Origin: Vulcanimicrobiota bacterium
Lineage (GTDB): Bacteria > Vulcanimicrobiota > Vulcanimicrobiia > Vulcanimicrobiales > Vulcanimicrobiaceae
DNA length: 64,000 nucleotides
Assembly: GCA_963726285.1 (NCBI GenBank)
Contig: CAVSBV010000004.1
Location: 18,659-82,658, forward strand
Reading direction: 5' to 3'
This document shows positions 7,559 to 17,057 of the stretch, piece by piece; position 1 is the first letter of the stretch; the number at the start of each line of letters is the position of its first letter. The notes under the pieces are model-generated. The model worked only from the letters and a program-made list of their open reading frames with translations, was not told the origin of the DNA and did no database searches. The position numbers and the translations under genes are program-made.

Positions 7559-10500
7559 TTGCGAAGTTCTGCGAGGGTCCGAAGGGAGGCGCGGGGAGCG
7601 CTTCGCTCTCGGTCTATCTGACCGTTTACGCAATCGCGGGCAAGGATGCCACGCCCGAAGAGCGAGAGGCGGCGATCGCCGCGCTCTACGCGGAGGCGGA
7701 GGCGCGAACGGATCGCGGTGCCGGTGCGATTTGGAGACCCGCCGTCGGACATGGAACGAGACCGAGCAGCGTCCTCGTCACGAACGCAAGCTCGTACACG
7801 ACTTTCGATCTCGAAGTAGATTATCTCGCGAGCCTGAACCCCGGCGTGCGTCATTCCTCGATGCACATGGTCCTCTCGTTCCAGACTTCCGAGACGGGCG
7901 GGATGACCGATGAGCGGGCGCATGACGCGGCGCAGGATTGGCTCAAGCTTATGGGCCTAGACGAGCATCTCTCGCAGGTCGTCATTCATCGCGACACAAT
8001 CGTTTACGACCGCGATGCTGACGGGAATATCAAGCTCGACATCGCCGGAAATCCCATCGTCAAAGACGGCAACCTACACGCGCACATCAACGTCTCGACC
8101 GTAGACCCAAAGACGTTGCTCGCGTACGACCGGACGGGCCTCCACAAGAAAATGGCGCGGTGCGCCCGCGAAGTCGAGATCGACCACGAGCTAAACCACG
8201 ACAACGGTCTGTACGTCGTACGCTTCAAGGACGGCAAAAAAGTCGCCCAGGAGGCCTCGCCCGAAGAACTCGCGGCGTGGCGCACGGAGCGTAAGGACGA
8301 ACGCTTGGCGCGTCTTGAGGTCAAAAGCGCCGAAGGTTTCGTGAGGCGGGACAAGGACTTCACTCGGTTCGCCGACTCGACGGTCGCGCCGCGTCTCGCG
8401 CAACGGATCGGCATGGCGCAGGTGCGCGGTCGCACGGCGACCTGGGCCGATGCCCATGCCGAAGCGGCCCGCTACGGATGCATCCTCCAACAGAACGACA
8501 ACGGCGAGATAGTGCTGCGCGACGTCGGCGCCCTTGAAATGAAAGTGAAGCACGCGCGCGAGCGCAACGATCTCCGCGCAAAACTTGAGAATGAGGGTGC
8601 CGAGCGCGATGTCATCGACGAGAAAGTCGCCGAAATGAAGGCCGAGCGCACGAAGGTCGAGGCCGACGAACGCGCGCTCAAGATGACGACCGGAGCTACA
8701 GTGAAACTCGATGCGGTGCTGCGCGTGGATCGACGTGACCTTGGTCCGTTCCTCGAAGTCGACGCGGCCGAGCAGCAACTCATAGTACAGATCGAAAAGG
8801 ACCCGGCGCTCGTGCTGCGCGAGGTGACGTCGAGCAGTTCGACATTCGACCGCAGCGAAATCGATATGTTCATCGCTCGTCGGATCTCCGATCCCGATAC
8901 GATTCAGCGCCTCGGCGACCTCGTGATGCAACACGAAAGCATTCGCATCGTCAATGTCGACGCGCGCTGGCCGGTGATGACGACGACCGAGGTGTTGGCC
9001 GTCGAAGATCGACTGCTCGACGATGCTACGACGCTTGCGCGGCGGGCTTCCGGCATCTCCGCCGAATCGGTCGAAGCCGGTATCGTGCGCTACGAGCGAG
9101 AGATGACCGCAGAGAAGCGCGCGAGCGGCGAGTTCGCTGCGACGCAATCCTTCAAACTGTCTGGCGAGCAAAAGGACGCATTGCGGATGGTGACGCGCGG
9201 ATCGCTGTGCGAACTCGAGGGTCTTCCCGGCACGGGAAAAACTTGCATCATGGCGGCGCTGCGATGCGTGGCCGAGGAAGCGAAAAACCGCCGGGAGATT
9301 CGTGGCGACGTGTTCGGTGTATCGCTCGCGCAGATCGCCGCCGAACGATTGGCTGTCGAAGCGGGCTTCGAGACGGTGAACTGCGCGCGGGCGCGGATCC
9401 TCGAAGAGAACGGGACCGCCGTCGTTCCGTACAACGGGGTCCTAGTCATCGAAGAGGCGTCGATGATTGACAGCCGCATGATGCAGGGCCTCATTCAAAC
9501 CGCGAAGGAGCGCGACACGCTGGTCTACGTCATCCTCGATGACCGGCAGATGAGCAGCATCGACTACGGCCAGTCCAGCAAATTCCTCAAGGACGCGACG
9601 AAGGGCGCCGGCACGTACGGCGAGATGCGCGAGATTCAGCGACAGAAGCGCGAGTGGCATCGCGAAGCCATCTACATGTACGCCAAAGCGTTCAACGAAA
9701 AGGACGAGACCAAGCGAACGGCGCTCATCGAAAAATCTCTGCAGGCGTTCGAGGCTCACGGCGAACTCGTCTTCGAGGCGAAGCGCGACGACGTGATTGA
9801 CCGCGCCGTCGCCGATACGCGCGCGTTCGAAGCCACAGCCGAAAAGAATGGATGGAAGAAAGGCGTGCTGCTTAACGCGCCCGACAACGATCTAGTCCGC
9901 CATCTCGCCGAGGAGAGCCGTCGGCAAAACGGGCTCGAGAAGCGCGGCTTCGTCTTCGAGACGGTGTACGGCGAACGTGAGGTCGCCGTCGGTGATGCCA
10001 TCATGTTCCGCGAGAACAACGCGGGCAAGAAGGGTAGGCTCGGTGTGCTGAACGGAGAGGTCGGCACGGTGCTTGACGTGACGAAGCACGGTATCACTGT
10101 CGAGATAACGGACCCGAAGAACGGTGCGAAGCGCACGGTTTGTTTCGATCCTAAGAAGTACGACACGTACGACCACGCCAACGCCATGACGACGACGAAG
10201 ACGCAGGGCGCGTCAGTCAATGCCAGCGTCGATACGCCGACACGGGCCACGGGCATGCAGCAGATGTTTGTAATGATTTCCCGCGCGATGCACGAGAGCC
10301 GTCACGTCGTCAACGGCATGGAGTTCCAAGACACTCACGCGATGGCGGAGCACTTGTCCAAGAGTTACGAGCGCGCGAAGACGACCTCGCACCACTTCGA
10401 GCATGTCGTGCAGCGAACCGGCGGCAAAGAGACGATGCGAGTGCTCAACATGAGCGAGCAGGCCGAAGCGGCGAACTCGCCGCTCCGTCGCTTGTGGGAA

Positions 10501-11055
10501 GAGGAGCAGAAAGTGCCGGCCGACCTGCTGCGGGCGAAACGAGTGGACGAGGCGCGTGCAACCTATAAGGACCGGCTCGCTGCGCTCGACGCGGACGCGA
10601 CGCTTTCCGTCGAGCAACGCATCGACGCGCGCAAGGACGCGTTCAAGACGATGAGCGCGGGCGTCGCGGGTTTGCGCGAGAAGGCATGGCAGCCGCAGTC
10701 CTATCTCGATTGGCTTCACGAGCGGGAGTATGCGCACGACGTCGCTCGCGAGGTGCAGATGAAGCGCGACCTCGGACGCGAGAAGATCGCGCAGCGCGAA
10801 GCGCAACGGACGACCGACCGTCCGCGCGAAGCGACCTCTTCGCCCGTCGAGACTCGGGAGATGACCATCGCCGAGAAGTTGCGCAACGCGGCCGGCGACA
10901 TAAAAGAAAAGGCCGAACGCGAGCTACGGCGCGCGGGAGAAATCCGCAGGACGCAAGAGGCTCTGCGTTCAGAGTCTGATCCGAAAAAGATCGCAGTCCT
11001 CAACAAAACGCTCGCCGATCTCGGCTACTCTCAGAAGAGAGGCATGAGCCAGTGA
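7555..11055 (+). CDS. traA: TraA-type conjugative relaxase fused to a RecD-like helicase
   Basis: 1166 aa from ATG 7555. The N-terminal relaxase has SVYLTVYA (Tyr) and the His cluster HRDT...NLHAHINVS. The helicase has GLPGTGKT, VLVIEEASMID and TTTKTQGASV. The tail is a charged coiled coil. Confidence 0.9.
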   Translation: MIAKFCEGPKGGAGSASLSVYLTVYAIAGKDATPEEREAAIAALYAEAEARTDRGAGAIWRPAVGHGTRPSSVLVTNASSYTTFDLEVDYLASLNPGVRHSSMHMVLSFQTSETGGMTDERAHDAAQDWLKLMGLDEHLSQVVIHRDTIVYDRDADGNIKLDIAGNPIVKDGNLHAHINVSTVDPKTLLAYDRTGLHKKMARCAREVEIDHELNHDNGLYVVRFKDGKKVAQEASPEELAAWRTERKDERLARLEVKSAEGFVRRDKDFTRFADSTVAPRLAQRIGMAQVRGRTATWADAHAEAARYGCILQQNDNGEIVLRDVGALEMKVKHARERNDLRAKLENEGAERDVIDEKVAEMKAERTKVEADERALKMTTGATVKLDAVLRVDRRDLGPFLEVDAAEQQLIVQIEKDPALVLREVTSSSSTFDRSEIDMFIARRISDPDTIQRLGDLVMQHESIRIVNVDARWPVMTTTEVLAVEDRLLDDATTLARRASGISAESVEAGIVRYEREMTAEKRASGEFAATQSFKLSGEQKDALRMVTRGSLCELEGLPGTGKTCIMAALRCVAEEAKNRREIRGDVFGVSLAQIAAERLAVEAGFETVNCARARILEENGTAVVPYNGVLVIEEASMIDSRMMQGLIQTAKERDTLVYVILDDRQMSSIDYGQSSKFLKDATKGAGTYGEMREIQRQKREWHREAIYMYAKAFNEKDETKRTALIEKSLQAFEAHGELVFEAKRDDVIDRAVADTRAFEATAEKNGWKKGVLLNAPDNDLVRHLAEESRRQNGLEKRGFVFETVYGEREVAVGDAIMFRENNAGKKGRLGVLNGEVGTVLDVTKHGITVEITDPKNGAKRTVCFDPKKYDTYDHANAMTTTKTQGASVNASVDTPTRATGMQQMFVMISRAMHESRHVVNGMEFQDTHAMAEHLSKSYERAKTTSHHFEHVVQRTGGKETMRVLNMSEQAEAANSPLRRLWEEEQKVPADLLRAKRVDEARATYKDRLAALDADATLSVEQRIDARKDAFKTMSAGVAGLREKAWQPQSYLDWLHEREYAHDVAREVQMKRDLGREKIAQREAQRTTDRPREATSSPVETREMTIAEKLRNAAGDIKEKAERELRRAGEIRRTQEALRSESDPKKIAVLNKTLADLGYSQKRGMSQ

Positions 11056-11122
11056 CGAGTATGGACAGAATGAAATCGCGCGCGCGCCATCCGACGAACG
11101 CTCGTTAAGGAGTAAGGAGACC

Positions 11123-12703
11123 ATGCACCAAGACCTCGAACAAGTGCGGAACGACGCACGTCAGGAGAGGGACCCGGCGAAGCGCGCAGCGCTGCTCGCC
11201 GACGAAGCGCGCCTCACCGCCGACGCCAACCTCGAGCGTATCATCGCGGAACGCGAGCGAATTGAAACCGCCCCTCAGAAGCCCGTAGAAGGAAAAGACG
11301 ACCACAAGAAGCGCGAGAGCCACGGCCACCACGAAAAATCGTCTGTGGAGCGTCCTGGAGGCGAACACGAGCCCTCGTGGTATGCCGACGGCCAGCGCGA
11401 AGCGCAGGCGGCCGGGCTCCGCGACCACCACGACGCCGTCGAAAACCAAATCGGCATGGAGTCCGCAATCCACGCGAGCGGGCTGGGCGTGCGCGCGCGC
11501 GGGCCGCAGGAAGACTTCGCACTTCATGCCTATGGCAGCAATGCGCGCACCGTAGCCGAAGCAGAGAGACACACGAAGTGGATCGACGCGACACCGACGT
11601 TCCGCGAAGTCTACCGGACAACGATGCAGCTTCGCGCGCAAGGCCAACACCCGCACCCGAACGCCGTGGCGGACGCTCTTCGCACGGACTATGCAGCGCA
11701 GCTAGGCGGGACGTTCGAGAAGACCGAGCGCGAGACCGGAGCACCGAGTTACAAGCAGGTCGCAGATCTGCGTAAGATGCACGTCGAGCACGCACGTGCT
11801 GGCGGAGCGAAGGCATGGGAGGCGGTCGAGATCGACGAGGTGCTGCACGAGCAAGGCGTCTCGAACGCGACCCCAGGGCGCTTTGACGCGTACGTCGAGC
11901 GCTGGAAGAAGGACGTCGGCTATCAAGAGCCGGCCCGAATCGTCAACGATCGCGATCCGCATCGAACGCCCCAGCCCGACGATGCACTCGCCGAAAAGTA
12001 CGGATTGACGGTCGCCATCGACGCCGACGAGCAGACAATTTCGTACGCGCACAAGCAACGTGGGGTGCAGATGACCGACCGCGGCGATTTTATCACGCTC
12101 CATGACGAGCGCAGCGCCGCCGCGGCTGTCGAACTCGCCGCAAAGAACTTCGCGCAAGACGGAATCTCTCTAGGGTCTCACCTCGCGCCTGAAAAACGCG
12201 ATGCGATTCTCAATGCGGCTGTTGTGCAAGGGGTGAGGGTGATAAATCCCGAGCTTGCAGAACGCTACGAACAGATCGTCGGTGAACGCAAGAACTCGCA
12301 ACAGAAGGCGCAGACGCAATCTGCGAGCCCCACCCTCGAACCCGAACATGGGCGCGATGCGTCCGAAGTCAATGAGCAGATCGCAAAGGACGGACCGGCG
12401 CGGCCGGCCCCTTCGCCGCAGCCGTATCAAGGCGAAAGTCTCGCCGCGCTCCAGTTCGTGCGTCCCGAATCCCTAGGCACGAGCAACGTGCCTGCGGTTC
12501 GCGGCGAACACGCAGAGATCGAGCGCGCGAGCTTCCACGGACCTCGCGTCGTAGGCAAAGCCGAAGTGTCGGACGTCAAGGAACCGAGCGTTGCCGATCG
12601 GCTACGCAATTGCGTGGCCGAAATGCAGTCGCGCTCAGCAGAGCACGCGGAAAAACTCGAACAAGGGATCGCGCAGGGCATTACGCGCGCGATGCATCTG
12701 TGA
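11123..12703 (+). CDS. LPD7-like domain protein of conjugative elements
   Basis: 526 aa with AAGGAG 6 nt upstream. MTDRGDFITLHDERSAAAAVELAAKNFAQDGISLGSHLAPEKRDAILNAAVVQGVRVINPEL fits my recollection of the LPD7 pattern that accompanies relaxases. Confidence 0.5.
   Translation: MHQDLEQVRNDARQERDPAKRAALLADEARLTADANLERIIAERERIETAPQKPVEGKDDHKKRESHGHHEKSSVERPGGEHEPSWYADGQREAQAAGLRDHHDAVENQIGMESAIHASGLGVRARGPQEDFALHAYGSNARTVAEAERHTKWIDATPTFREVYRTTMQLRAQGQHPHPNAVADALRTDYAAQLGGTFEKTERETGAPSYKQVADLRKMHVEHARAGGAKAWEAVEIDEVLHEQGVSNATPGRFDAYVERWKKDVGYQEPARIVNDRDPHRTPQPDDALAEKYGLTVAIDADEQTISYAHKQRGVQMTDRGDFITLHDERSAAAAVELAAKNFAQDGISLGSHLAPEKRDAILNAAVVQGVRVINPELAERYEQIVGERKNSQQKAQTQSASPTLEPEHGRDASEVNEQIAKDGPARPAPSPQPYQGESLAALQFVRPESLGTSNVPAVRGEHAEIERASFHGPRVVGKAEVSDVKEPSVADRLRNCVAEMQSRSAEHAEKLEQGIAQGITRAMHL
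12578..12625 (+). repeat. copy 1 of the KEPxVADRLRNCVAEM module
   Basis: aaggaaccgagcgttgccgatcggctacgcaattgcgtggccgaaatg, near the C-terminus of the 526-aa protein. Confidence 0.8.
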
Positions 12704-13089
12704 TGGGGAAGGGTACGTGGGAGCGTTCCGAAGACGGTAAGTCGTGGATTCGGATTCCCGACGGCAGGACTGGACCGGCGCTTGATGGTGAAGGCGCAAT
12801 TACTGTGGAAATGTTTGGCGAATCGGAATCTCCGCCGCCTGAACCCGCTCCTGGACCGAGCTATTCACATCATACCTTCGTGTACGAAACCGTCGAAAGC
12901 ATGGCTAGCTTGCGCGTTGCAATCGAGGGTAAGGACGGCGCTTCGATGAGCATCGACCCAAAGGCGCCAGCAGCCGACCCGAAAGAACCGACCGTTGCCG
13001 ACCGTCTACGAAACTGCGTGGCCGAGATGAAATCGTGCGCTTCCGAACGCGCGGAGAACCCGGAACGGCGGCCGACGATGCACCGCTGA
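12703..13089 (+). CDS. hypothetical protein sharing a C-terminal motif with the upstream gene
   Basis: 128 aa from ATG 12703 (TGATG overlap with the upstream stop): MGKGTWERSEDGKSW... It ends with KEPTVADRLRNCVAEMKS. Confidence 0.55.
   Translation: MGKGTWERSEDGKSWIRIPDGRTGPALDGEGAITVEMFGESESPPPEPAPGPSYSHHTFVYETVESMASLRVAIEGKDGASMSIDPKAPAADPKEPTVADRLRNCVAEMKSCASERAENPERRPTMHR
12982..13029 (+). repeat. copy 2 of the KEPxVADRLRNCVAEM module
   Basis: aaagaaccgaccgttgccgaccgtctacgaaactgcgtggccgagatg. It has the same reading frame context as copy 1. Confidence 0.8.
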
Positions 13090-13110
13090 CACCAGCTACG
13101 AGACAAAGAG

Positions 13111-13149
13111 AAGAGCCCGGCAAAGGATCGCCCGGGCTCTTTCGTTTTC
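13111..13149. terminator. bidirectional rho-independent terminator candidate between convergent operons
   Basis: Perfect 10-bp stem aagagcccgg (13111-13120) / ccgggctctt (13132-13141) followed by tcgtttt. On the other strand it is followed by a T-rich run. Confidence 0.6.
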
Positions 13150-13172
13150 CGACGCAGGCTTGCGACGGAAAT

Positions 13173-13370
13173 CTATTTGTAGCGGTCACGGTTGAACCAC
13201 CACCGCAGTGCGTCTCGCGACGCGAACAGGTCCGTCCATCGGCCGCCGAAGAGAAAGTCAGCTACGATAAGAAAAACGTTCATACCATCGTACCGCCGTA
13301 ACTGCCGACGATTCTCGCCGGGCGTGCGCTCCGCGAGTGCGCGCGATAGTCGATCTTCGTACTCTCCCAT
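13173..13370 (-). CDS. small hypothetical protein, last gene of the 18.7-13.2 kb operon
   Basis: 65 aa. The start lies 3 nt after the stop of the upstream gene. One hydrophobic segment (VFLIVADFLFGG). Confidence 0.4.
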   Translation of the reverse strand: MGEYEDRLSRALAERTPGENRRQLRRYDGMNVFLIVADFLFGGRWTDLFASRDALRWWFNRDRYK

Positions 13371-13373
13371 ACG

Positions 13374-14354
13374 CTACATCTCTCCGAACATGTTGCCGCC
13401 GATGGACGGACCGCCGCCATAACCGCCACCGCCGCGATTCGGGAAGATGTGGCGCATGATGACCACCCCGAAGAACATGAAGATTGCGACGATGATCAGG
13501 AGCACCATGAAGATGCCACGAAACACGTTCTCCCCGACCGACCGGCGGTAGACGCCCGTATAGGGACCGGCGAATTGCCACTCGCCCGTCTGTTTATCGA
13601 GGTCGAGCATCGACGTAAACGACACCGTCTTGCCGACGAGCGCCGCGTAGTCACCGTACTTTGCGGCGCCCTGCGCGAAGACGTCGTACGTAGGCAGCGG
13701 TTCGATGGTGCCGTGCCACTTCACGACCGCGACGTCCTTATCTGCGGGCGTCAGCGCTGCAGAGTCGATCACCGGCAAGAGGTCGAGCAGGCGGACAGAT
13801 GAGAACACGGTCGCGCTTCCCGGCTTGCATGACATCACTGCGTAATTTACCGTACCGAGGGCCTGCGCATCGTAACGAGCAGTTCCGAACTTCGATGGAC
13901 AGATCACCGCATATTGCGCGTAGTCAAGGGCCAGGGCGCTGCGCTGCGACGTGTGTGTCTGCATCACGCCGTTGCTGTCGGTACTTTGCGAGGCCTGCGT
14001 GGTCGAGACGAAGAGCTTAGCTCCGTATTTGTCCACCGAAAGGTGGTCGAAGTCGTCGCAAAGCTGCCGCGCGAACGCGTCTGAACATTTCGTAGCCTGG
14101 TAGATGACATCGGCCGCCGTGTTCGTGCTGAACGCCTGCGGCTTCGCGTCGGGCTTCGTTGATACGTGCATGCCGACCAATTCGGCGACCCCGCCGGCGA
14201 ACACGAGCAAAACGAGCATGGAAAAAGACCACGCCGGGATACGCCACCATGTGCCACCGCGTTGCTTGTCGCGAACGATGCCGATGACGCCACGAATCCA
14301 GAGGACGAATACTGCGATCTCGACGATGAGTATGAGTATTTCCGAAGGCGACAT
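13374..14354 (-). CDS. membrane protein with a Gly-rich C-terminal tail
   Basis: 326 aa with AGGTGG upstream. Two N-terminal TM helices, a ~200-aa extracytoplasmic domain, a C-terminal TM helix (IFMVLLIIVAIFMFFGVVIM), then NRGGGGYGGGPSIGGNMF. Confidence 0.65.
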   Translation of the reverse strand: MSPSEILILIVEIAVFVLWIRGVIGIVRDKQRGGTWWRIPAWSFSMLVLLVFAGGVAELVGMHVSTKPDAKPQAFSTNTAADVIYQATKCSDAFARQLCDDFDHLSVDKYGAKLFVSTTQASQSTDSNGVMQTHTSQRSALALDYAQYAVICPSKFGTARYDAQALGTVNYAVMSCKPGSATVFSSVRLLDLLPVIDSAALTPADKDVAVVKWHGTIEPLPTYDVFAQGAAKYGDYAALVGKTVSFTSMLDLDKQTGEWQFAGPYTGVYRRSVGENVFRGIFMVLLIIVAIFMFFGVVIMRHIFPNRGGGGYGGGPSIGGNMFGEM

Positions 14355-14441
14355 TATTTCACCACCTGCACCGGATTCGGCGTACGCGTGGACTTCGAAT
14401 GCGCAGCAACGACTGCGGCGAGGACTGCGGAGGTTAGCATG

Positions 14442-14813
14442 TTACTGGCCTCCGGCGCGGCCCGTCGCCAGACAGTTCATCATGCGCTGCGCTTGTTCGT
14501 CCGCGGTCCGATCCGCTGTGACGTTGAAAGCGGTTGATGCAACCGTGGATGTCGATGAAGGGGCGCCTCGTGACGATTGGAACAGAAACGCAGCGAATGT
14601 CAGCGCCGTCGAAACGAAGACGTAGAGCGCGATTGCGCAGATGCTGACGAGGAGAAATGCTGGGAGACGCTTCTTGACGTAGGTCCATGCGTCCGCGTCC
14701 TCGGCTTTCTCGAACGAACGCTCGCGCTCGAACCACTCCGCGGAGAAGGGCGTTACGTCCCCGGTGCTGCGTTCGCGGATACGCTCGATCGCGTTCATGT
14801 AGGCGCTGCTCAT
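14442..14813 (-). CDS. membrane protein
   Basis: 123 aa from ATG 14813, with GGAGGA 10 nt upstream. One or two TM helices (LPAFLLVSICAIALYVFVSTALTFAAFLF). Confidence 0.55.
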   Translation of the reverse strand: MSSAYMNAIERIRERSTGDVTPFSAEWFERERSFEKAEDADAWTYVKKRLPAFLLVSICAIALYVFVSTALTFAAFLFQSSRGAPSSTSTVASTAFNVTADRTADEQAQRMMNCLATGRAGGQ

Positions 14814-14814
14814 G

Positions 14815-15288
14815 TTAGTGATTTCCTCCGTCCCAGCCGTTTGCGACCGGATTTGCACCGGCGAGAAGAGCGGTGTCTGTGGCGTTGCCGAGCGCGTGGC
14901 CCGCGGCCGAACCGAACACCCAATCTACGAACTTGCTCGCGCCCTCGACGAAGCGCACCGCAACTGGAAGCGTTTGATTGACACCGCTCGTGAACGAGCT
15001 TTGTGCCTTCGCCTCGGTATTGCGACAGGACAGATAAACCGTCGGCCCTCCGAGGACGAGTACGGCGAGCGCCGCGAGTTTCAAGTAATACATCTTTGTG
15101 TTTGTCCTTTGTGTCTTTGCTACGCGATGCGATGCGTTCGCATCCGTCGATGGATCGATCACATTTTTCAGGTCAAAAGTCAAGTAAAAGACCGTGTTGC
15201 TGGCCTGCATCGCGTCGGGGACGGCGAGCGTGTATGCCGTAAAGCGCGCGTCAATCACGATTCCGCTCCCGATCACCGAGGCTTTCAT
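14815..15288 (-). CDS. hypothetical protein with an internal hydrophobic/signal-like segment
   Basis: 157-aa ORF with high GC3 throughout. An alternative start at ATG 15093 would give MYYLKLAALAVLVLGGPTVYLSC (signal/lipobox-like). It overlaps the upstream gene by 38 nt if the long form is real. Confidence 0.45.
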   Translation of the reverse strand: MKASVIGSGIVIDARFTAYTLAVPDAMQASNTVFYLTFDLKNVIDPSTDANASHRVAKTQRTNTKMYYLKLAALAVLVLGGPTVYLSCRNTEAKAQSSFTSGVNQTLPVAVRFVEGASKFVDWVFGSAAGHALGNATDTALLAGANPVANGWDGGNH

Positions 15289-15487
15289 GGGCCATGTTCG
15301 TTCGGAACGCGAATCTCCAATCGTAGATACAGACCATGAGAGCTGTGACGATAATCCCGATGGTCTCGGGCCATGAGATGCTCGGGTTCGCGTAGACGCA
15401 GATGAGCGCCGCCGGGAGCCCGACGTACGTCAACGCTCGAAACGGCCAAAGGGCTTTTGCCATTTCTTCGAGTCTGTCGCCGGGCAT
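15251..15487 (-). CDS. small two-TM membrane protein
   Basis: 78 aa from ATG 15487, 5 nt after the upstream stop: MPGDRLEEMAKALWPFRALTYVGLPAALICVY...IGIIVTALMVCIY. Confidence 0.45.
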   Translation of the reverse strand: MPGDRLEEMAKALWPFRALTYVGLPAALICVYANPSISWPETIGIIVTALMVCIYDWRFAFRTNMAHESLGDRERNRD

Positions 15488-15492
15488 CGCGC

Positions 15493-16569
15493 TCACCAGT
15501 TGATGGAGGGCGCGATGGAACCCGGAGCGGGCGTCGGCAGCGTGACCGAAAGGGTCGGACTGGGAACGAACGGATTGATGGTGTAGCCCGGTCCGCGAGC
15601 GTACACGGACCCCGTAGCCGCGTTCGTGCTGACCACCTGGGCGTTGAGCGTATCCGTGCCCGTGCCCGTATAGCTTACGGTCTGATTGCACGCTGGCCAC
15701 GAATAGATCATCCAATACGACGACGACGGATTCGTCGACGCGCACGTCGTTCCAGAACCCGGGCCATCCTGCATCGAAAGCGTCGCCGTCGTGTTTGATG
15801 CCGTGGCGATGACGACGCCGTACTGATCGCCGTTTCCGTCTTGGTATGCTTCGGAGCAGTTGCCGATGTCGGAACCATTTGGTTGCGACGGGTTGCCGCA
15901 GCCCGAATAATCGCTCGCCGCTCCGACGATCTGATAGCCCTCCGCATCGTATGCCGCGAGCGAAAGCGTGCCGCTTCCGCCAGTGCCCGGCGTGAACACC
16001 CCGGATTCAGTCAGTTGGAAACCGTACGGAATGCCGCCGAGCGAAAGTTGAAGCGTATTCGCGTTGCCGATATTCCCGCTCGTCGAAAAGCCGTAACCGC
16101 TCGCATAGTCAAGCAAATTGCTGCTGAGAGCCGGCCCCGTACCATTCGCACCGGCGTACGTCGTCATGAGCGCTTCGAACGCCGTGTTCGTGAGGTATGG
16201 AAAGAAGATGCTCTCGACGCAGTATGTCGCGCCGTTGCTTTGCGAACAGCCCGGGGCGGTCGGCGTGAGGTTCCATGCGATGAGGCTGCCGTACGGCGTG
16301 TACGTCGTGCCGGGTGCTGGAAGCTGGCCGTTACTCATCGGCGCGGTCAGAATCTGCAACGTCGCCGATTCAGTCGCCGGCGAAATGTATGCGGGACGCT
16401 TGAGGGCGCCCGAAGACGACGATGCTTTCGATGGTATTTTGATGGTCAGCGTCTTCGTCGAGCCCGAAGTTTTCGCGCTCGATGTCGGAGGAACCGAGGG
16501 AGCCCCGCTGCCTCCAGAGCACCCCGCGATGAGAGCCGCGAACGACACGATTGCGAGATAGTGCTTCAT
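15493..16569 (-). CDS. secreted lipoprotein, function unknown
   Basis: 358 aa. MKHYLAIVSFAALIAGC lipobox, a Ser/Gly/Pro linker, then a Thr/Ser/Gly/Asn-rich beta-type body. ATGA overlap with the upstream gene. Confidence 0.7.
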   Translation of the reverse strand: MKHYLAIVSFAALIAGCSGGSGAPSVPPTSSAKTSGSTKTLTIKIPSKASSSSGALKRPAYISPATESATLQILTAPMSNGQLPAPGTTYTPYGSLIAWNLTPTAPGCSQSNGATYCVESIFFPYLTNTAFEALMTTYAGANGTGPALSSNLLDYASGYGFSTSGNIGNANTLQLSLGGIPYGFQLTESGVFTPGTGGSGTLSLAAYDAEGYQIVGAASDYSGCGNPSQPNGSDIGNCSEAYQDGNGDQYGVVIATASNTTATLSMQDGPGSGTTCASTNPSSSYWMIYSWPACNQTVSYTGTGTDTLNAQVVSTNAATGSVYARGPGYTINPFVPSPTLSVTLPTPAPGSIAPSINW

Positions 16570-17057
16570 GGCTTCCGTCCTTTCTCGTTCGGAACGACGA
16601 CTGTCGTTGTGTTGATAATTTCCAATTGCGCCGAATTACCGAAGCTGTCCGAGACCGTGGCATAGCAGGTTCCACCGTTCACGCTCGATCCTAAAATTGT
16701 CGAGTTCAAAATCGCGTAAGTCGCGACGCCCGAGCATCCCGATGCGGTGAATGCGCCGCTGTATCCGGGGTCCGAAATCGTCGCCGTGAAGGTTGCCGGC
16801 GCAGGCGCACCTGCGGCCGTCTGGTTCAAGTACACCACTGACCGAGAAATCGAGATCGGTCCGGGCGTCGGGACGCTCGTTGGCAAAGGGCCGGGTGTCG
16901 GTGAGTTTGTAGGCTGCGGTGAAGGCGACGATGTCGGTGCGCTGGTCGGATCGACGTTTGGCGTGATCGCGGTCGCGCCGGGAGCGAATGGCGACATGCC
17001 GCCGCCGCTGCACGCCGTGAGCGAAAGGATAGCGAAAAGCACGAAATGTTTACGCAT
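16566..17057 (-). CDS. secreted lipoprotein, function unknown
   Basis: 163 aa from ATG 17057 (GAGG upstream). MRKHFVLFAILSLTAC lipobox, then a Pro/Thr/Ser linker. Confidence 0.65.
   Translation of the reverse strand: MRKHFVLFAILSLTACSGGGMSPFAPGATAITPNVDPTSAPTSSPSPQPTNSPTPGPLPTSVPTPGPISISRSVVYLNQTAAGAPAPATFTATISDPGYSGAFTASGCSGVATYAILNSTILGSSVNGGTCYATVSDSFGNSAQLEIINTTTVVVPNEKGRKP

Noticed and set aside
8191-9171. 326-aa minus-strand ORF inside traA
   Set aside because: It is a shadow ORF antisense to the relaxase-helicase, which has clear motifs on the plus strand.
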